Shown piece after piece: positions 1 through 15,329 of a stretch of 64,000 nucleotides of DNA. The number at the start of each line of letters is the position of its first letter. The stretch's first letter is position 1. Source of the DNA: Tubulanus polymorphus (taxonomy: Eukaryota > Animalia > Nemertea); NCBI RefSeq assembly GCF_964204645.1, contig NC_134030.1, positions 3,018,778 to 3,082,777 of the forward strand. The letters are read 5' to 3'. Both the position numbers and the translations under genes were made by a program. Below the pieces are notes generated by a model. That model ran no database searches and was not told where the DNA came from. It worked only from the letters and a program-made list of their open reading frames with translations.

Positions 1-1544
1 GCCTTGTCAACGTCTGAAATTAGAAAAGTGCGTTTAAAAATTCTGTCGGTGCTCGTGTACTGAAACTCAGCGCGGATCAATTACAATTTATATCGGGGAA
101 TAGTAAATAGCGAAAGGAGGTTTCAGTTTCATGGATCCGCGGTTAAGTTGATAACGTGGTACTTTGACGTTGCAGGTGAAATGAAACCCGGTTCGTACAA
201 ACAGGAATGTCTAAAGAGGAACCACAGCAACGTTGTAGTCAGAAGGGAATGTAATTCAACTGATGAGTTTGTGGTCTCTGCTCATAAAACTCACCGTATC
301 GCGTATTATGGAAGTGAACGTTCGCACGAACAGAATCTTGAATTGAGTCAGACAGCTCGTGTTGAAATTATGCGTATCTATATCGCTTCCACTTTCCTGA
401 ATAATCAAACGAATCGAACAAAATATTAATTTTCATTTAAAAACTTCCGATACTGTCACTTTTAATATTGTTGATTTGGTTGCTGTTTGATTTTCGGTGT
501 TCGATTTTATATTTTCGTCAAACAAACTATATACACTTTCTATACGTATTTCTGATTTCAAATCAAGCCTCTAAAATGAATCTATCTATTTGCAGAACAT
601 CACTTTCATAATAATTATAATCATGCTGCTTGGAAACTTTGGTTTCATTCAAAACACGACAAAACACTTTCATTACAAATTATCATCACTATAAAACAGA
701 CTTGACAATGAATTTTTGCCGGTCAGACAAAACCAAAATACAGACTAGTACTCGTACTTCTATAGACACCAATCAATCATGAATATTGTAAACTAATGTT
801 TCAACTGAAGAGAGATGCTTTGAGAAACTATATGAGTAATATATACATGTATATATTGAAAAATTCAACATATTAAGTACCAAATAAGAGTAGGTAATTT
901 CGTTTGGCGCGTCCATCCTATACATACCACTTACAGAAGGCTTGATAATAGAAGAAATGCGTATGAAAATGACTACGAATGGTTGCCGAAAGCTTTTCTT
1001 GGGTTTAGAGCAAGATTTCGAGCAAGATATTCATTTCAAGAAGAGAACTATAAACATCCGCGAAAGTTTTAAGAAATCTTGATAAAATGGAGTCGTTATA
1101 GAAAAAAAAAACGATTTTTTGCACAGTGCACATTCCGAATCACTTTTGCATGCAAAATGTTCCGAAAGTAATATACAAACATACACGGGTACAATAATAA
1201 TTCAGCAAAGGACAAAAATACACGAGAAAAACTTTATTTTGAATAAAAAAGAAAAAAACACGCACAGAACTTTTACAATTAAATATTGTGAACCCGCTTT
1301 GAAAAATGGTTCCAATTTGACAAATTACTCCTGACATTTGATTCAGTCAGATTGTTGTGTATTTTCGTTAGATCCAAAGTCATCGTTGTTACTAGAATGG
1401 GATACCCGTGTTACCGCTATCCCACTAGATGGTGTGTCTGGCAGTAGGACATAACATTTCCATAAAATTTCATTCAGTCAATCGTTATCTTCTTTGCGGC
1501 AGTTTTGGATAGGATTGTATTATACATGAAAATAAATTCAACAT

Positions 1545-1925
1545 TAATATCCTACTGGACACTAGCGCGCCTGGTGGATTCTCACTTGCCATAAGTGGAA
1601 TCCTAAACTGCACAGCAGCTGATGTCCTACTGCACACCTGCGTGCCTGGTATATCAACACTTGTAAAAAGGTGGAATCCACGATTACAGTAGTTGATGTC
1701 CTACTGCATTCTAGCGACACCTAGTGGATCCTCAGTTGCCACTAGTGGAATCCACAATGTTGCAGTAGTTTATGTCCTACTGCACACTAACGACACCTAG
1801 TGGATCCTCAATTGCAACAAGCGAAATCCACAATTGCTGCAGATAGTTGATGCACTAATGCACACTAGCGCACCTGGTGGATCCTCGCTTGCCACAAGTA
1901 GAATCATCAACTGCCACAGTAGCGG
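1545..1925. repeat. ~75-bp tandem repeat, about 5 diverged copies, most carrying a CTCF-like motif
   Basis: Units start near 1551, 1626, 1700, 1776 and 1853 (cctactgcacactagcgacacctagtggatcctca..gcc..aagtggaatccaca). The reverse complement contains CCACTAGGTGTCGCTA. A partial inverted copy lies at ~1421-1452. Confidence 0.8.
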
Positions 1926-2524
1926 CGTTGTCGGGTTGTTATTCACAACAGGGTTTTATGTTGGTTGTTTTGTGGTGTTTTGGTGATCGTTCATAGAGAT
2001 TAAACACCGATATTTTATTATCGTACATGTATTTACCGTGACTGATTTCGGACGCAGCAAGCCACTACTGTCACGTGATGACGGAGGTGGAAGCGGCACC
2101 TGGTGGTGATAAATTACACTCATATATGGACGAGATGATTTTGACCTAGATCGGGTAATCCGACATGTCGAAAGAAAGCTCTCTAAAGATGCAATAGCGG
2201 GGAAATGGTCTTCCAAAGTTCTACCAAATGATTGCTCAACCTCTGCTTATATTCGGATGCTGTTTTATTGGAGGATTATTTCTTTCGACACCGGTCTTTG
2301 ACACCACACCCACCTTATTTTAAACACAGCAGCACATTGCATTTTTAAATACACACAAATATAGGGTATTTTAATCAAAATAATCAAAATAATCCTTATT
2401 ACCGGATAGGTTAGTCGTAACAGCCCAATAGCGGGTTAGACTTAGCGAAATCACCGTTTAAAACCCAACATGCAAGCGAGGAGAAAAAGGTCTAGGATAT
2501 GAGGCCATATAATATCTTACTCAC

Positions 2525-5500
2525 GCTATTTGAATCGTCGTTGAGAAGTCCGTTAAGTTCGGCGCCGGCGCCAGGTAACTGTAGCGGGTCGAGATTTATA
2601 TGTCCATTCGTGGCCTGTTTATTTTTATTGTCCGCGTCGCTGTTGTTTGTGTTGTTATCGGTAACGCCCCCCTCGGCAATGAGATCTACTCGCTGTAACG
2701 CGGCCAGTTCCGTATTACGAGGTTTTCGATAAGCTTCTTGAAAGATATCACATTTGCTCATTTTGACGGCAGCGACAAGATTCGGTAACTTGTCGGCTCC
2801 GTGTTCACCGCACGCCACTTCCATACCTACAATAGAAGGAAGGCATAGTATAATAACGTACGATACATCGAACTAATCTTCACCCATCACAATCAGTACA
2901 TCATCAAACACTCAAAAACATAGAAAAATAGTGGTTTAATTAAGGCTTTCGTGATAAAATCTATCAGTTTTCCTATCATAAAATCTACTTAATGGTCGTC
3001 TCAAGGGAACTAACACAACCCTGCGAGCGAGGAAAAGCAGTTCGAGCCCTCAAAAGAGAATGCCCACCACAGCAATGTATAGATGATATCCCTTCCCGAG
3101 AGACAGATCTCCATGCTGAAAGATTGACCCGTCTGGCAGAGGACCGTCTGCAGTGCAGGCTGCTAATAAAGGATGGCAGTAGTTGGAGGGATGATGACGG
3201 TGATGATGAATGGTCATCACTGTCAATGAAATTTAATAAGTTCTCAGACTTCGTTTCGATTTTAATAAGATTTACTATAGTGGGTATAAGGTGTTGTTCT
3301 GATTATCGGGAATCTGCGAAGTAATGCGATAATTAACAATATCGGTGTTAGTTATTGATGTAGAAACTTACAGAAATCTGCAGGATTGTGATATGAAGGA
3401 CAGACTAGACATTGAGAACTGAGATACGGCACCAATCCTGCCACATTTCCTCTATAAATGCATTCACCATCCGCCAGAAAATACAACTGAAAATATATAT
3501 AATTATTTAGATTAGATACATGTTTTGCATAGTATCTAAGGTATCGTGGTTGTGGGTTAAAATTGGAATCATTTCAAGGGGTCGTTTACTCATTTTCTTT
3601 TTAACTCGAATAACCGAATGTAGAACGCCGACCAGGGTATGCTGCTGCCCGCTTGAATGGCACATAAAAAGCTCGACATGAAAACCACTTCATACTGCTC
3701 TTAAACGTAAGATGCCTTTTAAATTCACGCCTCTTCCCTCCATATAGTATGGATTTTGAAGGTATATGCATCACAGCTAGTAGAGCCACGGGAACTATGG
3801 GCTAAAAACCCGAAAATGCTTTGCTAAATCCGAGTCAGGCCTGTGCCCCTTTCGTCTCGCTGTTTTTATCGTGTATTGGAGATCGGACTAAGAAGCACTT
3901 ACATGATCGAACATTTCGAATAGTTTGGCACTGGGTTGATGTATCGTGCAAATGATTGTTCTGCCTCCTTGAGCCAACTTCTTCAACAGGGCAACACACT
4001 GAAAGCACGATGCGCTATCCAGACCACTTAAAAAGAAAAACAACGACAAATAAAATATGCGTGTTGTTCAGGAGTCACATTGTGTTTATAACCCCTAGGT
4101 TATAAATAAATAAGTGATTACCTAATTTGACATATGTCCCAAATTGACAATAAAAGATGAGAGATTATATACATTTTGGGTTTTTTTTTCCAATGTTCGC
4201 GAGGTTCCGGAAGGGAAACAATTGTTAATTGTTCACTATCATTTTTAAATCCTGTTTTCCGCATTTTGCAACGTGAAGTAGGCTTGTTAATATACAAGTT
4301 TAATCAACCAACATAGAAATGTAAACCTTACATATTTCTATGAGTTCAAATAAAGTTCTTGATACTTAAGTAGGTATCTATTCGGTACATATATTGTATT
4401 TATATCTATTTTGACAAATAGTATTTTATTTGTATACTGTTCACAATAAGAGCAATACGAAAGACACGCAATTTTATCAAAAGCTTCCGATTTCGATTGA
4501 ACTATGAATCAATAGACTTGTAGGTACTTTATTTCTGCAAAAGAAAAAACAGAACTGTTTATAAGTTTCAGATGGCAGACGTACCTGGTCGGTTCATCAA
4601 AGAACATCACCGGCGGGTTGTTCACCAGTTCTAATGCTATCGATAGGCGTTTTCTCTGTCCCCCGGAGAGATTACTGGTGTACGTATCTTTAGCCTCCGT
4701 TAAACTTAGCATATCCAATATCTCCCCCACCTGCAACCGAGCGATAAGCAACAAATTCAGCAATAATCAGGCATTTTCAGGAACAATCTCAGCTAAAACA
4801 GCTTAAAATTAAAGTTGCAGCTTTGAATTTCGGAATAATCTTGAAGACAAATATGAATGAGAAATGTAGGTGCTACTGGCGACCAGTAATACGGTGCTGA
4901 AAACACTAAAATCCCTAAGATCAAGGAGATTAGGACTAATATATGCAGCAATTATTTTCGCTAATTTAGGGTCTATACATCGTTGGATGTGAAGTACAGG
5001 TAATTATTATATGCATTGCTAGATGTTAGAATTATTCTATGGAAAATATAATGAAGTATTCAGAACAGATTAAAACAGTAAGTTGCAACTTAAAACTTCG
5101 GCGTAATCTGTAGCTGAGATCATCGCATCGATAGAATATATAGCGGGGATTATACAATCCTCGGGAACTGAGATTCGTCGTCACCGAGGTTTGGGATATC
5201 AGATGCCTAAGGGTAACTTTGATACCCAATATGTAGACATGGATAATAACCGATTGAAGTTGGTATTTACTGTTGTCTACTTACAGTATGCTTTTTATCA
5301 TCTGACGATAGTTTCTCGTCCAGTTTCAGGTTTGCTGAACACATCATCGCCTCCTGGACGCTTAAATGCGGTAACAGATGATCGTCTTGCATGATGTAAC
5401 AAGACATTTTACGGAATTTCCTCAGATTTCGCTCTTTGCCGTTCACAACTATATCGCCGTTGATGTTTTTTGTTCTGAAACGTATAGCAGATATTGATAT

Positions 5501-8500
5501 GATGCGACGACGATGTACGAACCGTTCCCTCCATCGAAACCTTTGGAGATAGCATCATATATCGCATCAGTAATGGCATACTCTTCCAGGGCTGATGTCA
5601 TGTTTCATAGTATTATTATTCATATCCACAGCTGATTGTTTTTTTCTGCTGTTGTTTTTCTTGTAGTTTTTTTTTAAATGTATGTTTGGGTTCCTATCGT
5701 CTGGTCAGTGGGTATGGAGATAATGTGCGGTGTGGATAGTGGATACAGCTTGAGACCTTAGAAGACTCTGCATGCGTCAACCTTTGGCAACATTTATTGC
5801 TTACTTAATACTAATAATGTCCTTATGGACTTCAGTATTATGTAAAAAACAAGGAGAATAAACTTCTTATATATATATACAAAAAAAAGTAATTGCTTGC
5901 TTAATGAAATAATAATATCTTTCCATATCAATAATCGATCAGTTTCGACAGAGATTCAACTACTATAAAGCCAAAAATCAAGAGCCGAGTTTCGACAATC
6001 CCAGGAAACTGAGACTTGTTGTCACTGAGGTTTGGGAAGGATCTCTAGGGGTAACTTTGATGTAGACATGGATAGGAGCGACAATATTCTATAAGGATAA
6101 AATCACGACCGTCTCGTAATATCTTACACATACGCACGATTTATACTCTTTGTACATTTTCGGGCTGTATATAGATTGTGTTTGTTTGACCCTGGGGGTA
6201 AGTTACAAATCGATGACCTTTCTTTCAACTAAACTATAACGATGAAAATACGATTGTTGTTTTCTGAAAGTTACAGTATATCGTCTATCTTTAGCCGAAC
6301 ACGATTCCGACATTTGTTAGATAAAATGACCGGCGCGGTCAGCTTAAAATACCCAAACAAGTGTGACATTTCCAGTGAAAGCCAATTTCGTGTACGCTTC
6401 TGAAAGATTTCCGTCAAAATGGGATTCAATGCCACGTCACCCGTCGTGGAGTAATTAATTTAAAAGTCTGCCTGATATTGATCGCCTTTCACCCGACTCA
6501 AAAGGAAAATGTTTCTTAATTAAACTACTGTCTGTCACACCTACTCTCCGTGCGACGTTTTGGTCCGTAATTTCGTTAATAATCGGTTTATCTACCTTTA
6601 TTATGCATCAATTTGTTCAGTGAGGAATTTGCATTCAGAAATAAACAACAATTTTCACTTCAGTTGTTTTTGTTTTCATTTATGAGCGATAGTTTACTCA
6701 GCATACGCTCGCGTAATGCTTAAAAATCCGCTCCGCGGACGCTCGGAAACGTTACAGTGACGTCATCACCTGCTCATTAGCATATCAAAATACAGTAGGT
6801 GGCGCCACGTGACGGGCCATAAAAGCCGTTTTTCAGCATTACGCGAGCGTATGCTAGGTAAACTATCGCTGATAGAAGAAAACACAAACAAATTTATGCC
6901 AGTTCATGATTTATTTCTGAATGCAAATTCCTTACTGAACAAATTGATGCATAATATTTACAGATCAACCGATTATTAACGAAATTACGGACCAAAACGT
7001 CGCACGAAGAGCATGTGTGACAGACAGTAAGATATTTTTGTATTCATTCTGTACGCGGGTGACAACATTCCGAGTTTTTTTCCGTCAGAAAAAAATATTT
7101 CGCAAAATTCTAAACGGTTAAGAATAGATGAAAGGTTATACATGTATATAGCCTATACTTACCGATATCCTGCTAGGATATTCATTAGAGATGATTTGCC
7201 GGCTCCCGATGGTCCCATTATAGCCGTCAGCTCTCCCGATAAAAATCGACCAGATATGCATTTCAGTATCTGTTTCTGGCCTACAAGTAGATATGCAAAG
7301 AGTATAGAGTTTCTTTATATGGAAAATATCGATGATGCGGCAGGGCAGAATATACAACCAAGCGCTGTAAAGAAATTACAAATACATGATAAGGATATTC
7401 GGGTAAAAATTAGATTCCAATCTGGTTTAACTCTTTCAGTCAAATATAACTCATAACTGATTTATATGGTGATCCTCGGACCCCCCAGTAAGTTCTTATT
7501 TCTAGCAGTTTGAATTTAACGACGACCAACATGATTTTTTATTTAGAGTTCAAATCCTAAAATAAATGGCCTTTTCTCTTTAGAAGTTGAAATTTTTAGT
7601 TTCATCGACATAAGGAGCCAGCTGGAAATCGATCCAATCATGACGGAATATAGATTCCCTAGCAGTCGGACAGCCAATAGTTTAAGAATGGCCATAAATC
7701 CAGTTTCTTGCGTACCACCGAATGTGGACGATACGACAAAAGGTGCCGCGTTCTAAGCCTAGAGGCCGCATTCAAATGTGAATTTCTTTCGTAAAACGGC
7801 ACGCTCAACTTTTTCCCGGAGATTCTGTACAAATAGATAATCATCGTTACAAATTACTGCAATATACACTTATGTATGTAAAAACACGGGCGTTCAGAGA
7901 TAATCATCACTTCGTGTCAACATAAAACATAATATAAACATACATTGCAATGATCATTAAACAGATGATTTCACTGCCTTCAACAAGTGTTCGTATGCAA
8001 TATCGTTATTGTTGTTATCAATCTAATTTCGTGAAGTATATACACAAACTACAATAGATCCTATACTGGAAACGATTTTGGTTTGGTTTTGTACAAAAAC
8101 AATCGCAATATCTAAAATGTGAATTGTTGAGACTAATAACAATGATAAAATCTCAATGACAATGACGTTCTGTTAAAGGTTTATATCAACTTCTGAAAAT
8201 CGGAGAGATTTTAGTCGATGTTCTTATATTTTTCTCTTCAGAAAATATAATTCTTTGAAACTCTCAAAATGGCTTTTAGTTTCTGCTAACACTAGTGATA
8301 GTGTTAATACTGTTGATGTATTTCGTGGCGAAGTCTCTGAGTTAGTCGCCCGAATGAACGACTCTATAAACTCTGACCTGAAATACGACTTTATTGAAGC
8401 CTCGTTCGTTCTGTTGTGTATGAATTCATCGATTCCCGTAGGATACGGGATGGTTACCAGGCAACGCGAATAATGAAATGACGGAGATAATACGGACGAT

Positions 8501-11500
8501 TGCTTTAGTGCACGAGCACTGAACTCCGCTCGACAACATGGCAACCGAGATCCACCAGCTTTTACCACATCAGAGATTGTGTAAAATTCAACCGCGAACA
8601 AAGCTGCCATATGGCACCAGGGTCAATTGTTACATTAATTCGCGCTTTCCAGTACGCAACATATCGAAATTGCTGAATTAAATCGACTGAAAATGTATCA
8701 AATTTTAGCATTTTTAATTTCATTCATAAACCACACGTAAATCGTGCGTCACACGTGGATAAATGATAATTCCTGTCAGACACAAACAAAGCGGATTTTG
8801 TAGCTCGTGTCAGTAGTGAAAATGTGAAAGACCAGAGTCTTTTTACCGTATACCCCTCAAACCGAAGCTTTGGTAGAAAATTATAGATATTGTCTCGTTA
8901 GTTTTGATAATACACGACGCGAGATAGCAGCTATATTTGGCATCACAATCCACCGTGTAAAACATTAGTGTAATCAAACAGAGTAGACGGAATATGAGTA
9001 TAGCAATTATACTGACACACAATTTGATATGATACAATTAGAAAACTCGATATTTGCAACAACCCGTTTAGAATTTCGGAATGATACGAGTGTTCGCTTC
9101 AATAATTCAATTCATCGTAATTTCAAAGCGATATTAGAATAATGAGTAACCCGAATAATAGCATCCAAAAACAGCAACCAGTTTCACATCACTGCACATT
9201 CAAAATTAGTTCATTTTCAGTCGTTTCGGCTATGAACATCAATCTTTCATAGAATTGTTGAACTGAAAAAAGCCGATATGTTTTTCAATTTTCACCCATT
9301 GATTATTATAGATATTTCATAGCCCGTTTATACTGGCTTCGGGTATACATTATCGGAAATATTATTATCTTATATATTTCAAGTATTGGATATTTATGAC
9401 GCCCGGTCGGGCGGGCACGAGAATATCAATACATATACAAACGCTTTTAATGCTGCAATTTTTTATGCATTCATTCAAACCCAACGACAATAAGTAGTTA
9501 GTATTTAAGTAATAATGATCGAAAGCATTAGGATTGAGTCGAGCAACGAAAGAAAAGAATATGTATATATATAATATATGGTTAGATTATGGGTAGCATA
9601 GATTTAAAGCCATCACCGAAAAGATGAACTGATTCTAGACACATTCAAACAGTGAGTTTGTATTAGACACCGTCACCGTTAAACAGAACGTGTTTGTCCT
9701 GTTCGTTATCGCACTTACCATCGTCGTCTTGGCGTTTTTTACGAAAAAACGGTAAACCTAGATTGGTGAATAAACGGTGAAAATTTACAAAACAAAAAAA
9801 AACAAAAGAAGAGAAGAAATTAACGCGAAGAGAGAAACCACGAATTACAGGACTCTCAAATCAGATCGGTATATTTACTTAATGGATGCGGAATTGATTC
9901 GTTACGTTCAAGAAAATTTTCAAATATTCACATAACAATGAATTACGACAGACCCTCATTTCATGCATCCCTTAATTAAGAAATTCTATTACAGAAATTA
10001 AATCACGTTAAATTTACAATGCGTTATTGCAAATGATAAGTCATCAGCTTTAATTTCTGCCCATAAATTCGACGATGAAATATTATAATGTCGTTGTTTG
10101 ACGTAGATCTTATGCAATTGATGTGTGTTCGTAAGAACATCACGCAAAATAAGGTTTACGACTGAAAACAATAGATTATCTATCAGAAACAGATGTTACC
10201 AGGGTGTTCCTTACAGTCACATGGCGTCTCGTGTCTTTTCTTCTTTGGTGCGTATGCACTTATCAAGGGCTCGTTACATTTGATAATGAGTCGGTCCACT
10301 CTCAGTGACCACTTTCTATAAGTAGGGATAGTGGGCATTGTTAGTGGACCAATGTGACCAAGAAATGTGACAAGCCACTGAGGTATTTAGCATTCCTTAT
10401 GGCCATTTCATTTCGATTAAATGAATTTTCCCTTTTTCTCTATTAACTCTAGTTTTATTTTTCTCCATGCCGGCACCATCCGACGGTGTTACGATTCCAG
10501 ATTTTAGATTTAAGACGCGAAGTCGCACTGGTGAAATTGGGAAGCGGGAGGTTATAGGTGATAATACCGATAATCAATGATATTAACACGATCTGAGTGG
10601 ATTCTGATTCGTGTCGACAGCGCTACGGCGCTGGAGCATGGAAGAGACTTGGAAGAGACTCTTGGTCTTGTTCAACACCAATACCACCTGATAGGTCGAA
10701 AAGATGGGCGATGCCTGGAGTCCCCGAATGATCAATTCTATTTTAGATCTCGTGATTAAAAAACAATTGCAAAAATATACCTTAATCATATTAATCTTAA
10801 TCTTGATAATTGAAAATTATTCGAAAGCAATTACTCTAGAAATTACCCGCATTGATGAATCAAGCCGGGCGATTTCTAAATGACGGTTAAAAATACGATT
10901 ATTAATTAAAATTGTTAAAACTATCTCATGTGATCGGATTTTTTCCTGTTGGTCGCGCATTGAATGTGTCGATATAGAATAAATGTGAAATCGGTTGTGA
11001 AATAGACAGCTGTTTCAATCCAGTACGCTCGCACTAAGCGTTCGTTCGTTCGTTCGTTCGTTATTGCGCTCAATACATCTCAAAATAGACGAACATTTCT
11101 ACGGTGTAAATATCATTGAGCAATCCCTCGACACGTTTGGTCTTGTTATTATTACTAACCAGGTAAAACCAATTTCCGTTCAGCGCTGGACATCGGCCAA
11201 AACCCTGCAAATCGATGCGTCGAAGCTCAATAGGTAGATGACCGTTTGGTATTTCAGATTTACGCACTATTCTAAAACAATTTATCTTATTTTCGTTCGT
11301 AAAGCATCGAATAAACTGATTGACGAACGAACGCAACAGCGAATGAATACTTGAAAAGTGAATGACAAGAACAACGTTGAGAGAATTGATATTTTACAAT
11401 GTTACTCGTTGTATGTTGCATTTGACGAGTATTTCATTACTCAGACCTCATAAATACTGTACATTTTTAAATGTTTGTATTACCAGCTTTTAGTTTTTGG

Positions 11501-14500
11501 TGACGGGAAACTCCGCGAAATATACCACTTTCGCATTGATGAGGGTGTTAGAATTACGTAAGTTTATGGTCATTGTGAGAACTTTTATATATCATTAATG
11601 GAAAAATAATGTCAAGGTTTGACATATTGCGTGTTGTATGAAAGGGTTTATCAAATTAGAGCTACGAGCATTCTATCAACAGACTGGCGTTTCTCACTGT
11701 ATCTCGATCCAGGCACCGCGAGGATTTTAAATGACCAACTGCGCCTATACAGCGCGACGGTTTTCAGCGCTGAGTCGAGTTGAATCTCTAATTTTCCAAG
11801 GATTATCTCAGCCAGCTAAATGAGTACTAATATACCCGTATATAGTTAACATCGAAAAATATAATGATCAATCATGTCGTGGACTGCGCAGATGGTGACA
11901 GCGTCTGTCGGTCGACCAGGCGGCGTTGATTCAAGTATGGGTTTATGGGGGTCAGTAATCGGTGACATATAACAACAACCGACCACTCGATAGACAAAAT
12001 CGAAAGTGGCATTCGTCAACTCTTTTTACAGTTTCTACGAATACTAGCCATTTTTTTTCTGGGATTCGAACCTGATGACACTGGATGTGTACGCTACGCG
12101 TCACTCGACTCAGTCGAACCTGATGGCATCGCGAGACTCTTCCACGGCACAAAACTGTATTCTCCACGAGGATAAAATTTTGTAGAAAATATTTGAATTT
12201 TATTTTGTCAGTTGCTTGGAGCTCCTGACCTGACTTTTCACCGCCACCACAGTCCATGCGCACTAACTTGCAAATTGCAGTTTTAAATTCCATGATTAAA
12301 ATTGAGTATACAATATGTTAGTGGAATTGATTAAGCGGCCAGATTTGCACAAATCATCAGGTCACAGTGCACGCACTATATTCTGATATATGTAGCATGT
12401 ATCAGAGATTTGCGTAGGGTAACACCTGTTACGAATGTGAATATATGATATACACTAATTAATACCATCCACGGGTATGACACAACTCGAACTTCGATAT
12501 ATGATATGATTAAGGATTTACTCTTGAACGGCTCCATCTCTAATCAACAATCCGATTATCAACCCCTGTGGACAGTCATTCATTAAACTCTAAGTCGAGA
12601 ACAACCGTTTTTACATTGGAAACTTATTGTCATTGTCATCAGTTGGTATCATCACCGAGGCTTTTAAGAACAAGGGCCATCCGGAATATCCGAATAGGGG
12701 CATCACGATGTTTGTACCGATAAATCCTCCTGCGAAATTATTTATTCTGGTTTTGGCCATCTTTTTGGCCACCTTGTAACATATTGCATGACAGAATTTT
12801 CTGATTCTAAAATCAATTTTTGTAAAATATGGAGCAATTATAGATTATCAATTATAGACCAATAACGCGCAGGAATCGATGACGTCACAGTAACGGACGT
12901 TTCTTTGAAAAAGTGATGGGAGAAAGAAAAGTGTATAGACCTTTAGACCGCGAAGCCATTATTTTTGCACTGGTCGGCCCACTCTCATCTAATACTCGCC
13001 ATACTCTTTAGAATGTTTGTCTAAGATGATTACGCAACACGCAATCTCTTGCTCGATATTGTCGCAATTAGTAATGTAAATATATATTTATTATTGAATG
13101 CTATGTGAAACTATGGAGTCTATAACGAAGAATCCGTGGTTTAACCTATCGTTTGCTAAATTTGTTTTAACGAGATTCCGCTGGAAGAATAGAAATATTT
13201 TAGATCGATGGTTGATTTCAGTTCACCCAGTCCTGGGAGTATTTGTATCCACGCTGATCTTCATCACTCTACGATCTTAGTGTACCCGGCACCTGTGGTA
13301 ACGTCAGAAACTCTTGGTGAACATTGCAGTGGAGTTTCAGAGTGCATCAAGAATTTTAAATCTTTGTGATTAGATGTAATGACGTTCAAAATTGAGTAAA
13401 TCATGCCCTATATGTGTGAATTCTATTATTGTATACAACTGACTGTTGAAAATTGGTAATAAAGAAAAAAAATTTCGAGTCGAGTTTGAAAATTGGCGTG
13501 ACGTTTTTTCCATTGCTGTGAAGGTCATCGACGCCACGTGTCTAGGTCAATACGACATTTTACAAATTGCTTGGCCTTGACGACGACAAATAATATACAT
13601 AATAATGTGACGTAATGCGCAAACGATTCTATCAGATCGATAGAATTATCATCAGTAACGATTGATATTTGTTACTGATAGAATCTCGGTTGTAATATAT
13701 TTACATCTAAGCGTGGAAACTAATTACCGAACTGGCCTTTATATATATATAGGTGCATACCGCATGGACTTTACGAGGAAGATTCTATGCTATCACGTAG
13801 AGCGCGTTTGAACGGAGGTTCGTTGCTGATTATCATTTACTCCTGTTGATCGAACGCACACAGATGTGAGATCAATTGAAGGATCTCTTCCTGTATTCAC
13901 CCAGTTTAATCATCACCTGCATCAGTTCGCCAGTACGACGCTTAGTGCAGCCGTACTAACGCGTTCTCTCCCGCATCGAAAATCGATAATGCTGCTGACT
14001 CGTCTGTCATTTTGAATAATTTATGAAAGAGACGGAGCCCCATATACCGGGACACACCGCCAGGAGAAAATATCACTGCCGCCGCATACACTCATATCTT
14101 GAATATAATGGCATGCATTACATTATCACATTGTGTTGAAATACCTCGTCGAGGTGCGCGTCTTGGGCTTCCGAACAATATCATGAAAATCATTCCGATC
14201 ATGAATTTCACGGGTTCCTAATTATTTGTATTGCAAAAGAACAGAAAATATCGACAAAAAATTTCGTAAGTTTATCCAAGTAAGAAAGAAAAGTCGATGT
14301 ATTAACGTTGTGGTAACGCAAATTCGTCATTCTCGGTAATAAGCCGTTAGTTCTAGGAGTCAGACACTTCTAGGAACTAACTGATCCTGCGTGATTATGC
14401 GGTTAGACGACGCACGATTTTGCATATTTCGACTACGATCGTGGTCTATTTTTGTCAACGTTAATTGTAGGGAAATTTCCTAAAATAGACGAAAAATGGG

Positions 14501-15329
14501 TTTGTGTACTATCCGAACTTTAGCCCGATGGCACATTATTCTATTTGGTGAATAGGGACAAAGGAAATTGCGGGTGACACGCGTCCTAAATATCCAGTCA
14601 CCTGATGAGCAAATGCTACTTTGTCTTTTTCCCACGTCACGCGTGTGGGCCGGGCCTGAACCGAATCTCTATATTACAGAGATAAATCATTCACAAACCA
14701 TTTTACGAAAACCAGATGCGCCGCTACAAAAAGTTAACAACGCTAAAAAATTCACGCCTCGCAGGCTCGATAAAAATGCCGTAAATTGGAGTAAATATTG
14801 ATTGAGTAAGCGTTGAGGTTCAATATCTTTTTTTAATAAATGAAAAGCAAACAACAGTGAATTAAACAAGTCAAAACCTTCTCCCACTGGGACTACACGA
14901 AGACAATGGAATTTAGTGAAAAACCTTCATAAAAATATTTTCAAATACTAACATTTCCCTTTTTTGGCAGATGATGATATCGAACAAAGAATTCTAACAT
15001 TTAGCATAATTACCTTTTTTGCGGCCGAGAGATACGGAATACGTTAAACCTTTGAATTCTATGTCGACCGGTCTTTTCTGAGTTCTTTGTAAGAATTTCG
15101 TTTTATTATCGCGACACAAATTGTCAATTTTCTTCAATCCGTAAGTCGGTTTACATTCGTGCAATCCATTGTTCTGAATAGTTGCTCCGGCGTCCGAATC
15201 TCTGACCGCCGCCGCCGCTCCGGGTACGATTTGTATTTCGACGCTGGGTACCGGTATAGTTTGGGCGGCTTGCGCGCCCTCCGTGTCGGCCATAGTGTTC
15301 TCCGTTTTCTGACTGTTCGAATCAACCAT
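2525..15329 (-). CDS. ABCG1: ABCG-family (ABCG1/ABCG4-like) half transporter, N-terminal nucleotide-binding part; transmembrane exons not found in the window
   Basis: Exons read manually with GT-AG ends and consistent phases: 15329-15014; 7280-7163 (Walker [19 protein letters not shown]); 5474-5285 ([20 protein letters not shown]); 4730-4585 ([28 protein letters not shown], signature and Walker B); 4026-3903 (SGLDS...[16 protein letters not shown]); 3486-3372 ([10 protein letters not shown]); 2826-2525 (MEVACGEHG plus linker). Start could be 15329 or 15293. The symbol marks the ABCG1/4 group, not proven orthology. Confidence 0.93.
5153..6075 (+). repeat. Two direct copies (~5153-5245 and ~5995-6075) of a short dispersed repeat flanking ABCG exon 3
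   Basis: acaatcc..gg.aactgaga.t.gt.gtcac.gaggtttggga...gggtaactttgat...gtagacatggata occurs in both. Confidence 0.6.
6528..7027. mobile_element. 500-bp MITE with long terminal inverted repeats and TA target-site duplication (Tc1/mariner-type)
   Basis: TA|ctgtctgtcacac...gtgcgacgttttggtccgtaatttcgttaataatcgg mirrored by ccgattattaacgaaattacggaccaaaacgtcgcac...gtgtgacagacag|TA; the inner arms are also inverted. Confidence 0.9.
7163..7280 (-). CDS. ABCG exon 2 (Walker A exon, not in the ORF track)
   Basis: tag|GC CAG AAA...GGA TAT CG|gtaagt translates [40 protein letters not shown]; phases match both neighbouring exons. Confidence 0.95.
12058..12155 (-). mobile_element. Fragment of a dispersed repeat carrying a tRNA B-box-like motif (same family at 41765-42105 and ~56155-56180)
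   Basis: gggattcgaacctgatg...tcgaacctgatggcatc...ccacggcac; the reverse complement contains GGTTCGAATCCC. Confidence 0.55.
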
